From assembly GCF_006345805.1 (NCBI RefSeq), contig NC_043017.1:27466001-27530000 (forward strand): a stretch of 64,000 bases of DNA. Direction: 5' to 3'. A program made the position numbers and the translations under genes. The DNA is from Octopus sinensis (Eukaryota). Shown piece after piece: positions 26,176-39,240 of the stretch (its first letter is position 1; every line of letters begins with the position of its first letter). The notes below the pieces were generated by a model, which was not told the origin of the DNA, ran no database searches, and saw nothing but the letters and a program-made list of their open reading frames with translations.

Positions 26176-26924
26176 CCATAAATGGTCATAAGGACTCAGA
26201 GATATACAGTCGAGGACTTGAAGAAATATTCTTAAACGAACACGATTTAAAGAATGATAGAAGAAGTGTAACGTGTACCGCGAACTCACAACAGTAGCAC
26301 GTGCAGAGCAGACGCAAATCCTGAAACAAAACAAAACAATCATGCATACATGAAATGAAACCGGTACGCACTATCAGATTCAAGCCCATTATACACACAC
26401 ACACGTAATACTCAGATACACTATATTGCAACATAGAAGTCTTGACATCGTTGCCCGACTGGTTCGAAAAAGAACCTTTTCGTTTTTTTTTTTTTTCGGT
26501 TTTTTTTTTTTGTAGAAATACGGTTCCTCCATCGGTTCTTAATCATTTTCTACCCATTGACCCATTTCGTTCATATTTTACTCGAGCGGACCCTCGTAAC
26601 CATTTAATTTTTTAAAAACGAACATATTTGTTTTTATAATTTAGTATTGTAGGGAATTGTATTTAAAAATTGTTAAAATACTTTGTGTCCAACCAATTTA
26701 TTTTAATTACCAATTCGTAGCCAATTTATCGTAATTTTTCGAAGGAAAACTCTTTTATTGGCTCCCAAATGTCATGTGAACATCAGCTGGAAGCTACTCT
26801 TTTCTAAATTTTATGATCCGAGTTTTCTTTGTCAGAGGTTAAAGGTCGGATGAGTCATGGTATGAATACTCTTGAGGTGGGGTACATATGCCCAACAATT
26901 AGAACAACTTAAATTTGGAAAAAA

Positions 26925-27674
26925 GACTACTATCACCCATATACGCATTATCACATAGATATGATGTAAGCATTATAAAGCAAATATACTCATTATCACC
27001 CATGATATCATTACCTCAGAGTTATACACCATTTTTCTATCATTATCAAACAACGAGATCTCACAGTTTTGCTGCTTATTACATTACCACAAAGAAAGCA
27101 ACATTATCAGGACCTAGCATTTTATCAAACTAAAATACATATACGACTCCTTATCACGTATTAGCATATAGTCACACACATTATGACCCATTATTACAAA
27201 TTATCACCTGGTTACACACTATCTTAAATTAATATCCTTTTCAACTTAGGAGCACACATTATCAAGTATTAAAACAGCACACACCAATATCCAGAAACGG
27301 ACATTAATATATCCCTGCGCTGCACATTATAACACAAAAGATACTTGGATGCAATTTGAGATAGTCTGGATGCTATTTACACACTGGGTTCGCATTTAAC
27401 ATTGGTTATCTAATAGCAACTTTCATTATCGTTCAGTAATGCGAGATATCTTACAACCAATACACATTATCACTTACAAACACATTATCACACTGTAACA
27501 CACTTTATTTCTTAGAGACACACATTATCAAACACTAACTCGCATTGGAGTACAATTGTACACATTACCAACATTATCAAACAGCAATACACATTATCAA
27601 ACAGTAACTCACATTATCGTACCATAGTACACAATTTCAAGCAAAATCTACATTACCGGACGGAAATGTACATT

Positions 27675-27727
<53 letters not shown>

Positions 27728-28235
27728 TATCACACAGAGATACATTTTATTATAAGGCAACAAACATTGTCAAAGACTAACTAACCATATAGTACAATAG
27801 TTAATATCAGTTCACGAAACATATTATCAGTCGGTAAAATGCATTTTCTCAACTAACACACATTACACATTACATTTTATCATTCAGTAACTCACGTTAT
27901 CAAACTGGAATTGATATTAGCGTACATTATTACTAAATATCACACAACAATGCATTTTAATTGTTAGTGGCACAAATATCGATTAATAACACGATATTTT
28001 TCAATAACACCCATAATGATACAATAATTCATTATAGTATTGAAAACACTCTATCAGAGTAGAATGTATTTTGTACAATAACAGATATTATTACACAGTA
28101 TTTCACACTATTATGCATTTATAGACATTATCATGTAACGGTGCACATTATCAGACAGCAATACACGATATCACGCAAGGACACACATTATTAAACAGTA
28201 AAACATGTTATGCGATTGTAATGCTTATTATCAGG
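26925..28235. repeat. ancient degenerate minisatellite with conserved (CA)CATTATCA core
   Basis: About twenty occurrences of TTATCA/CATTATC, often acacattatca, at irregular ~20-70-bp spacing with diverged spacers (counted by eye). Confidence 0.75.
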
Positions 28236-28856
28236 TAGTGCTAAATATGAAATTTTGCTTTGACTTTTGATTTTAGTGGTTATTATTGCAGTTGTTATTG
28301 TCAGCACTTTATGTTAAGACTATTGATCTTGGCAACGATGTTGTGTGATTGATTCGTTAGAACATCTCCTCCAAAGATGCTTTGCAGAAGTTATTTTTCT
28401 CTTTATGATCTGAGCTCAAATTTCGCAAAGGTCAGTGTTGTCTTACATTATCTCAAGGTTGACTAATTGAGGTACCAATCATGTGCAAGGATCGAAGGTA
28501 TCGACTAATCCAGTCCCCTCGAAACTGATGGAAACGTACCTAAACCGGAAAATATTACATGGAAATGAACAAGCAAAAGCGTTGCAACGTCGGGGAAATC
28601 GATGTGGATTTTTACATTTTGAGTTCAAACCTCACCGCGGACATGTTTTTATTTCTTCCCCAGCCACGAGAAAGCATATTCCCATTTAAATACTGGAGTG
28701 GGTGGTATAGACCAACGCCTCGTTTCAAAATTGCAGACCTTGTTTCTAAATTAGGAACTATCACTATAACTCGCATGAACCGCGGACGAAATATATTGCG
28801 ACGTTGTTTCCCGTTTTTATGCCCTGAGATGCAACTCTGCCGAAAGAACCCAACGT

Positions 28857-29077
28857 TATCTAAGCGGGATAAATGAACTGTAGGAGTGGGTGTGTGGTAT
28901 GTAGCTTGCTTACGGACCACATCGTTCTAGGCTCAGTCCACTACGTGGCAACTTGGACAAGTGTCTTATACTATAGCCTCGTGCCGACCAAACTCTTGTG
29001 AGTGGATTTGGTAGACGGAAACTGAAAGAAGCCCGTCGTATATATATTTGGTAGACGGAAACTGAAAGAAGCCCGTC

Positions 29078-29156
<79 letters not shown>

Positions 29157-29340
29157 GACGGGCTTCTTTCAGTTTCCGTCTACCAAATCCACTCACAAGA
29201 GTTTGGTCGGCACGAGGCTATAGTATAAGACACTTGTCCAAGTTGCCACGTAGTGGACTGAGCCTAGAACGATGTGGTCCGTAAGCAAGCTACATACCAC
29301 ACACCCACTCCTACGCCTATAGTTCATTTATCCCGCTTAG

Positions 29341-29372
<32 letters not shown>

Positions 29373-29565
29373 CCCCAACATCGCTTGACAACCGATGCTG
29401 GTGTATTTACGTCCCCATAACTTAGCGGCTCGGCAAAAGTGACCGATAGAATAAGTACTAGGCTTACAATGAATAAGTCCTGGAGTCGATTTGTTCGACT
29501 AAGGGTGGTGCTCCAGCATGGCTACAATCAAATGACTGAAACAAGTAAAAAAGCAAAAGAGTAAA
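28857..29565 (+). mobile_element. SINE family A containing an internal inverted duplication of its 5' half plus upstream flank
   Basis: Forward 5' half 28857-29046, 40-bp tandem duplicate 29047-29086, TA tract, exact reverse complement 29152-29343, then the normal TA/TG tract and 3' half to ~29565. Confidence 0.92.
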
Positions 29566-31232
29566 CAGAAAAAGAATATGTGAATGCAGTAGAATGCATT
29601 CTCATATTCGAGTGGACCTCGTTGATTAGCCCTGGGTTGACCTTTTTCCAATGTGGAGCATCGCATTTCATTTCTTTTAGGACAATTGTTTTCTGCACTT
29701 TATTCATGTTTTCCTTTCAATAACTGATTTTGTCGAAACCAAAATAGAAAACCATTTTCATAATTTGTTCGTATAATATGTTCTAAATTGAAGCTGTCGT
29801 GCAGGAAAAAAATCATTTCTATTATGTAACAAAATTTCATAAGATATGAGTATATTTAATACAAACATTTAAAGCTGTCGAATCCTGTAGTTATTTAAGT
29901 TTCTATCTCTATATTATTATTTTAGCTTACAAATTCAGTGTTATATTTCAGTAATACACAAAAGACATTTAACAAATTGTCTATTTGTGAGACCTCTGTT
30001 AGGTCTATATGTGAGACCTTCTCCTTGCTAGTGATATATACAATCATTATAATTACCAGCAACAGCGCGATGTAATATCGGAATAGATAGAGCGTTGGAA
30101 TAATGATCTGCATTATGCGGTCCCGTAACTTTGCAAATCTCGACGAGGTCACGCTTGATTTTATTTCCCTGTGGTCAATAAAATCAAGTAACTGTCAATT
30201 ATTAGGGGTGACAAAACTGACTTACCCTACTTCTCATAATTGCTCTGACTTGCACCTTAGTTTAGAAACGGAATCTCTGAATGATAAGGTGGATCATTCA
30301 CAGAATCGTTAGAGCGTCAGAGTACATATTTTGCAGGATTCGCCCTGGTTCTTTGTGTTCTGAATTCAGCACCAGCCAAGGTTGAACGAATTGTTCATAT
30401 TTCCAGGTTCAACAAAATAAAGAACAAATCAACTATTGTGGTTGATTTAATCGATCCCACATAGCCCAGCGTCATAGTTCAATTCTTGTGCTTATCGTAA
30501 AAGCAATTCTGTATGTGTTCGCGTGGCGAATTTTCAGAATCATCTGAGTGTCCAAAACATGTTCTGCGATTTTATTTCCAGGTCTTTACGTTCTGAGTTC
30601 AGATGTTCTCCGCGTCTACTTACCATATTATCTTTTCGGGGTGCCATTTCTTGCAGGCCGAGCGACGATGTAGAGGCTGCTTTGTTGTTGCTCAGTTTGG
30701 ATTTTATTAAGGTTTTTTTTTTTTACAATAGTTGCATTGTTTTATTTGTTGTTGTATTTGACATAGCCCTTATTGCTTTTCAAAATCTTATTTAATATTG
30801 CTGCAAGGTTCTTATTACTATTTTGAACACTGTGTAACAGATAAGAATTGATTTTGCTCATGAACACTGATTAATCGAAAACACTCCAGCGATAGCCAAC
30901 TTTTGGATTTCAAAACCAAGGACAATGAACCCTAAAGTGGGATTTTATTGACTTGGCCTGATCTCTCTGGCAAGTTGTGTGACTACGTAGGCCATGTGAC
31001 TTGTTTTACTTTTTCATAAATGCAGTAATTCGTTTCATTCTGTAAAAGTTCGCTGCAAGACCCTGTGATTATATTAGCTAGCTATTGATCATCAATAAAA
31101 CGATGGACAGCTAACTAACCAGTAATTAGTCACATCCCTGTACGTTCCCATTTCAAATCCCTAGTTAAACTTTGACTTTAAACTGTCCAGGGTTGGTAAT
31201 ATAAATCTCAATTTAGTCGGTCCTCTACAAAA

Positions 31233-31371
31233 CTGACACTCGTTCGGTTATGACGGTGAGAGTTTCACTCGGCCCGATCCAGGGAACAGCCTGCTCGTCA
31301 AATTACCGTACAATTGGCAGAGAACTCCACAGAAACGCAAATCTTTAACGTAATCCTTTGGGAGATTCGGC
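31233..31371 (-). mobile_element. diverged SINE tail Y fragment
   Basis: The reverse complement ctgtggagttctctgccaattgtacggtaatttgacgagcaggctgttccctggatc matches the 3' part of 14313-14689. Confidence 0.7.
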
Positions 31372-31421
31372 ATAAACTACTTCAGCAAAATTATTTTCCT
31401 CTATATAAAAAAAAAATTATA

Positions 31422-31595
31422 ATAGGCGTAGGCTTAGGAGTGGTTGTGTGGCAAGTAACTTGTTTACCAGCCACATGGCTCCGGGTTCAGTCCCACTGCG
31501 TGGCACCTTGGGCGAGTGTCTTCTACTATAGCCTCGGGCCCACCAAAGCCTTGTGAGTGGATTTGGTAGACAGAAACTGAAAGAAGCCCGTCGTA

Positions 31596-31641
<46 letters not shown>

Positions 31642-31850
31642 TGTGTGTGTTTGTGTCCCCCTAGCATTGCTTGACAACCGATGCTAGTGTGTTTATGTCC
31701 CCGTTATTTAGCGGTTCGGCAATAGAGACCGATAGAATAAGTACTGGGCTTACAAAAGTATAAGTCCAGGGGTTGATTTGCTCGATTAAAGGCGGTGCTC
31801 CAGCATGGCCGCAGTCAAATGACTGAAACAAGTAAAAGAATAAAAGAATA
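31422..31850 (+). mobile_element. SINE family A, full length
   Basis: ataggcgtagg...gtggcaag...gggttcagtccc...ccttgggcgagtg...(TA)n(TG)n...cagtcaaatgactgaaacaagtaaaagaataaaagaata. Confidence 0.93.
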
Positions 31851-32584
31851 AATTAAGTTGGTGATATAGTAGAATAGTTAGCATGCCGGACAAAGTGCTC
31901 AGTGCCATTTCTTCCGGCTCATTATGTTCTTGGCTCAAGTTTCATTAAGGACGGTTTGGGCTGACATTATCTCGAAATGATAATGCCGTGGACAGGGATT
32001 AATATTCTCTCTTCGCTCATTTGCACCACGTAGGCTCAACTCCCCTCCTTTCTTCATCTGACTCCCCTCCTCTCCTCACTTCTTCTGACACCGCCTTCCT
32101 CTCTTTAGTACTACCCATCTCTCCTCTCTTGCTCCGACACATACTTCCTCTCATCATTCCTACCCACCTTCTCTCTTCATTGATACCTCTCCACTCCCAT
32201 ACACCATGCTCACATGCCCGACCCCTACACCCACACTTCCACCTCACCCATATCTCCACCACGAACTCACATTCCCACCCTCATTTCTAGCCCACCACAC
32301 CCCCAGATTCCTACACAACCCGACACCACTCCACACTCACTAGCACTGACCACTTCCCAGCACACATCATACAACATCATCTGCACACTCACACACAATC
32401 ATCCGCAAACGCACACATTCACACGTTTCAGATGCACACACATACGCGCACACATCCAAACGTCAAATTCACAAAACTTTATCCACACACATACACACAC
32501 ACACGCAGCCCTTCGTTTTGGGACCATCAATACTTTATTATCTTCCCTTCTTTCTACTTCTGCTGTCAAACCTTTCTTTCCCCA

Positions 32585-32765
32585 ACCAGCAGCCATGCTC
32601 GATCGCTAAATCCACAAGTTTTTCCTCCCTCTGTTTGTTTTTTTTTATTTCATTCTATTGAGGAGCATAGGCTCGAAATGTAAAAGAGTTTCTCACTTTC
32701 TCGAACGTCAAACTAATACACCTGTTTGTTATTCACACACCCGTCTCCATCTTTTGTAAAATTTC

Positions 32766-32770
<5 letters not shown>
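32585..32770. mobile_element. Penelope-like short repeat with hammerhead-like motif (related to 54556-54770 in opposite orientation)
   Basis: ctattgagGAGCatagGCTCgaaatgtaaaag plus shared flanks (actaatacacctgtttgtt..cacc.gtct). The Penelope link is inferred. Confidence 0.55.
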
Positions 32771-32808
<38 letters not shown>

Positions 32809-33863
32809 GTCTAATCGATCGATTTATTATAAGTATATGTTTCTGTGAGTAAAGCTAACAAAAAGAACGCGAATAATTTATACTATATAAAAAACAAAAT
32901 CCTGCATTATTTCCCAGACGTTATGTGCCGTCGAGACAGCTTTATGATTTGTTACATTTTGGTCTTGAAGCCATTGATGAGGTTAAAGCGCTCAATCGTT
33001 TAGCGATTCCATGCATGGTAGCTGCTGACCTCGTAACGTGTTAGGATATGAATACATCAGAAATGAATTCATCGTAAGCTTATATGCAACAAAGAAAAGT
33101 CTTGAAGTGTAATGTAAAAAATATTCGTAGAGTACAAAACATGGGTTTACATCTACGTATGCGTGTTTTTAAAATTTACAACAAAAATAAAAACAGGAGA
33201 TGACAACGAACGTAAACTTTACAGTAACGGTCGAAGAAATTTCAAATTCAAATCTGATTCTGACGTTTCGAGGTTGAGACATTCATCAAAAAGTTAGATT
33301 CATAAAACATAGATACGTAAACATACGCTGTTTATGTAAATTTGGCAGTGATCAGCATTTAATAGTATAAGAGAATAAAATTGTTTGTATGTTAGCCAAC
33401 ATCCTTGCAATGTTCGAAATCAATCGCAATTGCCGGAGACAACTGAAAAATCGATAAAATTCTAATACCGTTATTCTTTGTTTAAAATTCATTACATTTA
33501 CAGGTCTCTAATTTCGGAATTAATACTTTTATATATATGGACAATTGATGTCTGAACATCAAAAAATATATTCACCGTAATTAAAAGCTCAATTAATAAT
33601 GCGTCGCTTAACTCTAATGCCTCATTATAACGCATCAAATCCTAGTGGAACAAAGTTGCATGTCTACACAGAATCGGCTAAAATGTTCATTATAATGGGA
33701 GTATTATTTTGTGCAATGAAAATAGCAAGAGCCTCATTGAGAATAATTCCCAGTATCAACGCGAGTGTATTCAGTGTCACGCGTACACTTACACAAGCGT
33801 ATGTATGTAAGTATATATGTGTCTGCATATATGTGTATGTTTATATGTGTGTGCAGCTATAAT

Positions 33864-34262
33864 CTTTTACTCTTTACTCCTTTACTTGTTTCGGCTATTT
33901 GACTGCGGCCAAGCTGGAGCACCGCCTTTAATCGAGCAACTCGGCCCCGGAACTAATTCTTTTGTAAGCCCAGTACTTCTTCTATCGGTCTCTTTTGCCG
34001 AACCGCTAAGTAACGGGGACATGAACACACCAGCATCGGTTGTCAAGCAATGCTAGTGGGACAAACACAGACACACAAATACACACACGCATATATATAT
34101 ATATACATATATACGACGGGCTTCTTTCAGTTTCCGTCTACCAAATCCACTCACAAGGCTAGAGTAGAAGACACTTCCCCAAGGTGCCACGCAGTGAGAC
34201 TGAACCCGGAACCATGTGGTTGGTAAGCAAGCTACTTACCACACAGCCACTCCTGTGCCTAT
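33864..34262 (-). mobile_element. SINE family A
   Basis: Near-consensus reverse-complement copy. Confidence 0.92.
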
Positions 34263-34554
34263 GTATGGGATTTTCTATATTTTACGATTAAAAATGGTTG
34301 TCTTATTGTGAGAAATCTCAGTGACTTGAAAGGATTCTGTCCAATTTTAAAGTCGCACTCAGTCGATTTTCCTCCGACGGAATACTGATTAAAAGCTCAG
34401 TCCCTATTTTCGGCCTGTTCTCAGTTTCATCAGCAGAAAATAGGCTTTAAAAAGAGCCCATCATTCTGATTCAGTTTTCCCCCCTCTCACCGCTTACTAT
34501 ACATACATATATGTATGCTTGCATATATGTTGTGATTATAGATATATATATATA

Positions 34555-34602
<48 letters not shown>

Positions 34603-34817
34603 GACATACACACACATACATACACATCATACACACACACACAATATATATATACACATACACACACATATATATATATACATACACACACACACACATA
34701 TATATATATATACATACACACACCATATATATATATATATATACATACATACATATACACACACAGTTGAATATACATAGATACAAATATAAATATACGT
34801 ATATATGTACTTATATG

Positions 34818-35105
34818 CAGTGGCGGAATGGGTCTAAAATATTGGTTGCCAGGAGACTAAGGAGGCCCACCAGCAAGCTACAATGCTATCATTTCTTTTT
34901 ATCTGTGTTAAATGTATTCTTTTCATCTGTCTACAAACGCACCCAGGTTCAAATAATTAATGCATTTTTCCAGGAGTTAAATAAAATTGTCAAAGTTGAC
35001 GGGTTGGGGCACTTAGGTACAAAGATGGACCCCCATATATGGATTCTAATGGCGCAGGCCTCCACTTGCCATCAGGCAAGCTGGCACCGGGACAATCCGC
35101 CGTTG
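34818..35105. mobile_element. hAT-type MITE, 288 bp
   Basis: Termini CAGTGGCGGA ... TCCGCCGTTG (8/10 inverted match) and an 8-bp TSD cttatatg/cttatata. Confidence 0.75.
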
Positions 35106-35135
35106 CTTATATATATGTATATACATATGTAATTA

Positions 35136-35167
<32 letters not shown>

Positions 35168-35587
35168 GACAGAGAGGGAGCGATACACGCACAATGCATA
35201 CAAAATCACACATGCATGTATATGTGTGTGCGCGTGTGTACTATTCTTACTCTTGAAAAGATCAATGAATGGTCATTGCTTACATCATATTGTGTTTCAA
35301 TTTTATGTAATGTATTGTTCTTTTCTGAATGCAATTTCGTTTCCTCGGCGTCTTTTTATAAGTATGGACATTTTCTTTGTTTTCCAACAATTGTGATCGT
35401 ACACTAGGCATTTATACGACCACACACTCACACATATATATAATAAGCAACAAGGATATCCAAAGGTAGAGTAGTACAATCGTTTCATGCTACTTCATTT
35501 AATTAAACAACGTAAGTATTACATCAGTTTTAAAATGTAGAGCAGTCTTCAATCACATATGGAATTATATATATATACAAATAATTA

Positions 35588-35998
35588 CACAGGAGTGGCT
35601 GAGTGGTAAGTAGCTTGCTTACCAACCACAAGGTTCCGGGTTCAGTCCCACAGCGTGGCACTTTGGGCAAGTGTCTTCTACTATAACCCCGGGCCGACCA
35701 AAGCCTTGTGAGTGGATTTGGTAGACGGAAACTGAAAGAAGGCTGTCATGTATATGTATATATATATATATATGTGTGTTTGTGTGTCTGTGTTTGTCCT
35801 CCCATCTTCGCTTGACAACCGATGCTGATGTGTTCATGTCCCCGTAACTAAGCGGTTCGGCCAAAAGAGACCGATAGAATAAGTGCTAGGCTTACAAAGA
35901 ATAAATCCTGAGGACGATTTGCTCGACTAAAGGCGGTGCTCCAGCATGGCCTCAGTCAAATGACTGAAACAAGTAAAAGACTATAGAGTAAAAGAGTA
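35588..35998 (+). mobile_element. SINE family A
   Basis: Near-consensus copy. Confidence 0.92.
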
Positions 35999-36108
35999 AC
36001 ACACATATATATATATATGTATATTATTAATCTGTGAACGAAGTCGAAGTGAGCATGCATTTGTATATTAGCTTCTATACTATTCTACTGTCCTACTATA
36101 TATATATA

Positions 36109-36159
<51 letters not shown>

Positions 36160-36298
36160 TAGACAGATAGATGGCAAGTAAATAGATATATACGGTAAAT
36201 TGTTTGTCGCTAGAGGTTTTTCTTCCATTGGTGATTCTGTGTATTGTTTGTAATTTAAGTACTTATTATTTTGGATCATGTAATTAAGCACAGAAGTA

Positions 36299-37556
36299 TC
36301 TCTCCATATATAAAACTGAGAATGTGTGTCTGTCCGTCTGTCTGTCTGTGTGTTTCCCTAAAACTTGAGAACTACACAACGAATTTCATTAAAATGTTAT
36401 ACATGCCTTACTTAGGGTCAATGTAGTGTCATGGGCATAAAAAAATGTTTAACTTCTTGCCTAGACCGAGCCCACAGCAATATCATATCTTCTCCACTAT
36501 TTCAGTATTACGTGTTAAAAGTGAAACAAAAACATCTCTTTGTTGTATATATATGGATGTATTTATATATATTACAAAATATAAAGTTAAATCTTGAGAT
36601 CGTTAGTGACAACAACGCTCAAAATATATAACAGACTGGAATAGTAGTGCTCAAATGAGCTGTGTACACTTTTTAATCCGAGGGGAGGCAATGCGAGCAG
36701 CAACTACAAGAGCACTACAAAATCCACAGAAAGATCAAACACATACATTTATTCATATATTCATTTACATCTACAGAACAGACATAAAGCCCGACGTTTA
36801 GAAATATATAGTAATATATAAATATATAAACATCATATAAAATATATTGTACGCATAAGATCCACTCGACGTTCCATAAGAAATTTAGAAATAAAATTGC
36901 AATAAAAGTTAGAGGTAATAATAACAATTGAATTAAATATAGTAAGTATAGTAAGTAGTAATTAAATATATTTTATTTTATTAAAATGGTAATTAAATCG
37001 TAATATAACAATTAAAAGAAAAAATAGCAATTAGTATAAAATGTATCAGGGACTTGAACTCGAATATGTGGCTTTGCATGAATGGGAGAAACTAAAAGAT
37101 GAAAAATTTGAGTGCAGAAGTGAATTAGTCTAGATGGCGCTGTGTGCATACCATTTACAATAGCTGCTAGATTGAATTATATGCTTATAAATTACATTCA
37201 GTATCTATGAGAATTTTTTGGGAGTACGTAATTTCTGGTCTTTCGTATGTAGCAGGTATGTAATTGTGCATTTATTTCCGTGTACTATGTGTTGTGTGTA
37301 AAAAACATCCTGACGAGAGGAGTGTCAATTTTAAATATATATGTTTTATATTAATTGGTGCATCTCCGAAACGGTCCTTAGATGAACTTTTATGTATTTT
37401 TGTAAATTTGTATATTTATCTTCTCTGTATTTTTCTCTGGAATTTTAATTCGTCTTTTCAATATGTCATTGTATGTTTTATTGCCCCCAATTTTTTATTT
37501 AACAAATTTATACCAAACTAGCACTAATACCCAGCAACGCCGGGTCATAATGCTAG
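36299..37556 (+). mobile_element. non-autonomous Helitron, ~1.26 kb
   Basis: A|TCtctccatatataaaactgagaatgtgtgtctgtc...aatttcattaaaat... at the 5' end and cccagcaacgccgggtcataatgCTAG|T at the 3' end; the 3' end is related to the Helitrons at 2441 and 2836. Confidence 0.75.
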
Positions 37557-39084
37557 TCATTAAAAATAAGAATTATCGAATATCTCAGTGTATGTGATAA
37601 ACGATATCTTTCTAGTATCATTTCCAGTATTACTCTGTTCATGTTTAGCTCCTGATAATTACCTTTCAACATTTTATTTTAATTTTTTTTTCTGAGAACC
37701 ATTCTATACCTATGTCTCTATTTTTGCTTTGATTTCAAGCGCTTTGCGTTTTAGTGCATATCATCTAACTTGCTCCTAAAACTTTTCTATTTATTCCTAT
37801 TGACCTTTTCTCATATTGCTGCTTTCTTCTATATTTTACTACTGACGAAGTATTACTATTCATTAAGTCAAAATGTTTCCCTTTTTATATTTGGTTTTTG
37901 TATTTGGTTTACAAGTTTCTTTATATAAGTTCGTGTGTTGAAGCATATCCTTTTGTGTCTGGGGAGAGTCATTTTCTTTTTGTGCCTTATAATGTAACAC
38001 ACTCACCGGTAAAATTTCCAACTTATTTCTTATTTTTAATTTCCCTTCTCTTTTAGCGCTAATTTAATGAAACATATGTTAAAATTTTCCCCTTCTCTGT
38101 TTTCTGTCGTTTGCTTATTGCCCACACATTAACTAACATACACACAACAAACACACACAGTGTCTCTCTATCTCTCACACACACACTGAATCACACACAC
38201 ACACTTGTAGCTTGTTATATGTTTCAGTTCACAACTCATACTACCTAGAAATCTTCTCTCCATTTTATTAGGTGAACTGGGGGATTCACTTAAACGTGGG
38301 ATGTAGTATTTTGTGATTTTATTGGCTGTTTACACACTTTCATCCAGCCTCATTGAAGTTATCGTTGCCTTTCCTCCGTCAGGGGTCGACAATTAAAATC
38401 TCATTTAATAACAGTTATCGATTTAAACGACTAACACGCTATTAAAAATGATAGTACTTGGCGCCGCTTAAAAAAAATGATTAAATCGTTACTTTGACAA
38501 TGTCATCAGTTAACCGGAATAGTAAATCGACAGCCATATTTCGGCCTTTGCATTTCTAGTTCAAATTCTGCTGAGAAAGTCTGTCTTACGATTTTAAGTT
38601 TCTTCCTTTGTTGGTTTACACACACACTCATATTTGTTCAAAAGTAGTTTTAAATGTACATAGGATTTTCTTATGATTTTTCCTGAAAATAGCATATGTA
38701 CAGTCTCGCTGGCAATTTCTCTAACCTTTCGGGATAACCAGAAAATTCTACGTTTTCTATGAATATCTGCATCGAATCAATTGGCTGCAGATTAGAATCT
38801 GCTGAGCCGTGGTAAAATGGACTACGATTTTCAAATACATTTTTATATTTTCAGAGCTTATGTCGTTTCAATCTCGCCTTTGCGTTCTATCTTTTCGTGA
38901 AGAACATAGCTGAGAGAATATCTTATGGTATTTCTTGCTGTTTTTCGCTTCCCATTTCCCCCCTCTGGGTCTATAAATTAGATTCCAGTTGGGCACTGCT
39001 ATCAATGTTATCGACTTAACCTTTCTTCTCAAAAGATGTTGATCTTGTTCCAAAATTAGGGAGAGGTTATAATTACTGCTATTA

Positions 39085-39240
39085 TTTTGGTTGCAATGCG
39101 CCAGTCGCAACGTTCGGAGTTCAAATTCCCCTGAGGTCGACTTAACCTCTTATCCTTTCGGGGTTGATAAATTAATTACCAGTGAAAAACTGGCGTGGAT
39201 GTAATCGACTAGTCCCCTCTCCCAAAATTTCAGGCTTTGC
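39085..39240 (+). mobile_element. SINE family B-related fragment
   Basis: acgttcggagttcaaattcccctgaggtcgacttaacctcttatcctttcggggttgataaattaattaccag. Confidence 0.75.

Noticed and set aside
26925-28235. CRISPR-like repeat/spacer appearance of the TTATCA array
   Set aside because: The core is only 6-10 nt, spacing is irregular, spacers are compositionally related, the context is eukaryotic, and there are no cas genes.
30364-30384. TTCAGCACC half of an RE1/NRSE site in a neural gene intron
   Set aside because: The right half (GGACAG) is missing, and REST is not an established regulator in molluscs.
37130-37142. CTAGATGGCGCTG, a CTCF-like motif within the Helitron
   Set aside because: A single short match in a repeat; not distinguishable from chance without ChIP data.
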